A stretch of 64,000 nucleotides of DNA from Eledone cirrhosa (Eukaryota). A model generated the notes under the pieces. That model ran no database searches. It saw nothing but the letters and a program-made list of their open reading frames with translations, and was not told the DNA's origin. The stretch spans positions 94,488,001 through 94,552,000 of the forward strand of contig OZ024742.1 in the NCBI GenBank assembly GCA_964016885.1, written 5' to 3'. Shown piece after piece: positions 59,456-64,000 of this stretch. The translations under genes and the position numbers were made by a program. Every line of letters begins with the position of its first letter. Position 1 is the first letter of the stretch.

Positions 59456-60819
59456 GTCATCCTCAACATGATTATCTTTGTTATGACTGATACCTTCCCA
59501 CCACCATCATCATCACTCCCATCGTTACAATTATTATCATCATTAATATCATAAGTACCTTTATTATGACCTGTATCAATACCAGCACAATACCAATACC
59601 TCCATCATCATCATCACCATCACTTCATCTCCACTACCATCCCCACATTCCCCCACCAACACAATCACCACCACTTTACCAATACCACCATCATCATCAT
59701 CACCACTACCTTTTCCCTCCCACCATCACCACCACAGTCCATATCCACATCATCAACACCAGTATCACCATCACAGCTATGTCACCCTCAATGATCATGT
59801 TATCTGCATCTTCAGTATAAATTCTCTCTTTCCCTCCTCTCATTATTCTTCATCAGTAATTCTCTGCCAATTCGGCATTTGGTGGCAGCATTAATTCCCC
59901 AGTCAAAATCCTACTAAAACCATTGCAGCAGTACTTAATAAAATGATTACTACCAACTAGCTTTTGGCCAAGATTTAATTAGTGACAGTAATTATTTCTA
60001 TACAATGACGGAGAAGATAACATTTAGATGGACAGTAACAGTGCTTACATTTATCGCCTACAATAAACAACAATCGGTCATTTTCTTATCATTTATGCAC
60101 CGACTAAACAATAGAGCCGCCATCCGGATACACTCAATGTTTTTGACTTGCTGACATTATGGCATTGAAGATCAGGGCATTATCAAAAGTTGGCTTTACA
60201 GATAAATAATTGTTTCTTTTATATGCAGCCTGTGTGCAATATGATAACAAGAGTGTATTTAGCTGAGGCATAATGACAATTGTTGTAAGGGCACTGTAAT
60301 TATGTGTGCATGTATGTGCACATGTATATCCATGTGAGCATAAATATATATACATATATGCATGTGTATGTGTATATAGATGTATATGTGTAAGTTTACA
60401 TGTATATTTGTGTGTGTGTATGTGTGTGTTTCTGGCTGGTTTGAGTCCTTGTGTGTGGATTTCTATTTGTGATCATGACTGTGTTTTATTCCATACTCTG
60501 TGCTTATATGTGGATGTTTATATGTTTGTGGTTCTATGCACTTTATTGTATACAGATGTGTGTGTGTTTTACTGCATGTCAGTGTGCCTGTGTGCTTTAT
60601 TGTATCAGCATGTGTGCATGCAAATATGCATGACTATGCTTGTGTGTGTGTTTGTGTGTGTGTGTGTCTGCATGTCTGTGTGTATGTGTGCATGTGTAAG
60701 TGGCTGGTTGTGTTTTTGATTGTGAATGCATATGCATATGTTTCTTTGTGTGTATGCAAGAGTATATTTGTGTTTGTGTATGTTCTATTGTATTTCATGG
60801 AAATTTCTTCAAAGATGTT

Positions 60820-61490
60820 AATTACATTTGGAAGCACTTAGACTTGGGACTGTTTAAGGATGAGGATTTGAAGAAAGCCTCACATGGCACTATAATGGCA
60901 GCTCAAGAATAGGCCATATAGACCTGATCGATCAGAAGGCATTTAAACAAATTGTGATATATCATCACTATATTGTTTATGTGATAAAAGAGAGGAGACT
61001 GCAATCCACTTTGTATTGAAGTGTATGAACATGGTGCAATAACAATAATAGGCTGAAGATATGTCAAAATTGCATCAGGTATTTAGAGTTTTCTTTTTGT
61101 GTAAAACATATAGTACAGAAAAACTGAAAAAAAGCCATGAATATAGACCAAATAAATAGCATTCGGAATTATTTAAAAGCTTATGGGGCATGAAATTCTA
61201 GACCTACAAATCCAGACATAATTATACTAAAAAATGATGATAGAACTTGTAAAATAATATAATATAGCCTGCCTGTTGGATATGGGTGAAAAAAATAGAA
61301 ACCAAGAAAGGAGATAATCACCAGGAACCAAAATTAGAATTAAGATGCTATGGAAGTGCAGAGATATTATAGTAATTCCAGTTATAATTGGATCACTATG
61401 CACTGAGTTTGAAAATATCAGCAAATGGTCTTCTATGATCAGCATAACCTTGAAACAATATAGAATGTATAAAATTGTATTCTTGCTAGA
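60820..61490 (+). pseudogene. Highly decayed restriction-like-endonuclease (RLE) LINE C-terminus
   Basis: Remnants GTIMAAQE*AI*T, LC....ET..H....C and IVIPVIIGSL. Confidence 0.5.
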
Positions 61491-61629
61491 AACTTAAAAT
61501 ATGTGCTGAATTAATTTCTTCTTATCTACTTTGATATTACTTTTGGAAAAGGCATAATACTAAAATATCCCATTTCCCTGAGCAAAAAAATAAGTTATGC
61601 TGTTAATATATATATATATATTAACAGTC

Positions 61630-62570
61630 CTCTTGATTCCAACTGGAAACAGCAGTTGGAATCAAGTGGACTGAGAGTGAACCCAGTTAAGACAACAGTG
61701 TTGGTAAGTAGAAAAGAGGACAAAACTCTGATTCCATCAGGGAAGTGGTCATGTTCGATATGTAGAAAAGGAGCTGGGATAAATTCTATAAAATGTACAC
61801 AATGCCGATCTTGGGTACACAAGAGATGTAGTGGGATAGAAGGCAAACAAACAGGCAGGGAAAACTACGTATGCAATAGATGTACAGGGAAATTTGACTG
61901 TAGAAGTCACAGTGATAGACACATTTCTCAAATGCAGGCAGGTTCTATAGAAGTGGTTGATAGCTTCTGGTACCTAGGTGACCAGATTAGCATGGGAGGG
62001 GGTGTTCCAAGGCCATAGTATGTAGAATAAGGATGGGTTGTAAGAAGTTTAGGGAGCTGTTTCCTCTGTTCACAAAGAAGGGTTTCTTCCTGCATACGAA
62101 AGGCTCGTTATATGATGTCTGTACTAAATGCGCGATGCTGCATGGTAGTGAAAGTTTTCCAGCAACTGTAGAGGAATGCGACAGCTGGAGAGAAATGAAG
62201 CAAGCATGCTCTGTTGGATGTGCAATGTCAATGTGTGTGAATGACCAAGCATAGATGAATTGAATGGGAAACTGTGTATAAGAGAGATAAGTTGTAGTGT
62301 GCAGGAGAGAAGACTGCAATGGTATGGACATAGGATGCGCATGGAGGATGACTGCTGGGTGAAGAAGTGCCAAGAAATCCCAGTAGGAGGAAGATGCAGT
62401 AGATGAAGACCACAAAAAATATGGGGGGAGGTGGTGAGAACAGACTTCAGACTGCTGAAGTTTACAGAAGAGATGACGAAGGACTGTGACAAGTGGAGAG
62501 TTGCTGTGTTGAATAGGACCCGTCCCACCCTTGCAAGCAGGGAAAAGTGGACGTAAAATGATGATGATGA
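61630..62570 (+). mobile_element. 5'-truncated RTE-type LINE with a Cys/His finger and an intact 3' tail
   Basis: GLRVNPVKT, CSICRKG...IKCTQCRSWVHKRCSG, IEVVDSFWYLGD and LQWYGH; the tail ends in (ATG)n. Confidence 0.88.
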
Positions 62571-62573
62571 TAT

Positions 62574-62611
<38 letters not shown>

Positions 62612-62830
62612 CTCATCATCATCATTTAATATCTGTTTTCCCTGCTAGAAAGGTTTGGATCACTCTTCACAGACCATGTCAGTACAGAAGTGGAACTACT
62701 AACCTAACAGATAGGAGAGGAACCTGCATGTTATTTACATACGATCCTGCACTTGACTAAGTGCATTTTGTCATGGCATCATCATCATCATCTTCGTTTA
62801 ACATCTATCTTCCACGCTAGCATGGGTTAA

Positions 62831-62876
<46 letters not shown>

Positions 62877-63791
62877 AGATATATATGTATAAATGAAAGT
62901 TTTAACACCCACCTCCACCAAAAAAATTATAATGTAAAACTGAAAGAAATGAATAATTAGCATGAGAAAAGTTTCCCCCACTTATATTGTATTATTAATG
63001 TATTTCAGATTAGAAAGACACTCATCTCCCTAATTAGATGGGTCAGTCTCATTCCGGAGAGGTCAAATATTAGTAAATGGGCAGAGGTCATCAGATTTCT
63101 AACTGCAGAATCCCAAAATCAATCACGTTTCAGAATAGCAGAGAACATAATGTAATTATATGTTGGTCGATGATCGTGTGTTTTCACATATTTATGAACC
63201 TCTGTGTTTTCTGTAAGTATGCTTATTGCAATTGGACATTCAGTACTTACAGTGTGCTTGCATGTGTTTATATGTATGTGTGTGTGTGGGTTATTATGTT
63301 TGTAAGCATGTTTGATTTTGTGTTTATTTGCATATATGTTTATTTCATCTGTATAAGTGTGTCTTGTTATATGCATTTGTTTGTGAGAATATATGTGTTA
63401 ATGTATTTAGATAATATGCATATTATGTCACTAAAATGTATGTGTGGCTTTGAATATCTCCTCTTTTCGTGTGTCTTTTACATACACATGCATGTTTATG
63501 AGTAAATGTACACCATTTATGTGAGTGTGTGTGTATGTATGTATTTACGTGTGTAAATCTCTCTCTATCTCTCTTTCTATATATATATATGTTTGTGTAT
63601 GTTTAAGTATCTATACACATATATTTTTTCAATATATTCAAACATCTTTGCCTGCATATCATGTTATGTAAAGGAATTTATATTTATATGTATATATACA
63701 TGTATATATATATATAAATATATATATGTGTGTGTCTGTGTCTTTAAGTATGTATGTATTTATATTATCACTATCATCATTATGTGTTTTT

Positions 63792-63857
<66 letters not shown>

Positions 63858-64000
63858 GTGTGTGTGTGTGTGTGTGTGTGCGTGTATATACACACAAACA
63901 CATTATTTTAAGCTGAGAATAAAATATCTTGCAACTGTTTTACTGATTTTCAAGCAATCAGTTTGCATGTGAGTGTATGTATATATATATATACATATAT

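Overview
AT-rich eukaryotic DNA, dense in repeats. An octopod or cephalopod source is likely, but that is inferred from the microsatellite density and SINE types. No host protein-coding exon could be supported, and nearly all Y/I/M/C/V-rich entries in the ORF track are translations of (TA)n/(TG)n microsatellite. The first ~35 kb is a (TA)n field holding a cluster of Penelope-like retroelements (PLEs: RT plus C-terminal GIY-YIG). Two have intact ORFs (5140-7572 minus; 22469-24787 plus), one is decayed (28008-30095 minus), and there are several solo end fragments. The PLE ends carry type I hammerhead-ribozyme (HHR) motifs from about six sequence families, several with very long stem II. Four insertions share one layout, in which an inverted copy of the 3' end sits at the 5' side. 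One family carries a ~3.7 kb 3' UTR that is largely microsatellite. A PLE/HHR end fragment is also embedded in two tandem Helitron derivatives. The 31.1-34.8 kb block is an unexplained cassette: a spliced SGNH-hydrolase pseudogene, a BACK-like exon and an inverted-repeat-bounded GC-richer segment. The rest is decayed RTE, CR1 and RLE-type LINEs, tRNA-derived SINEs, Helitron remnants and simple repeats. All alignments and folds were done by eye.
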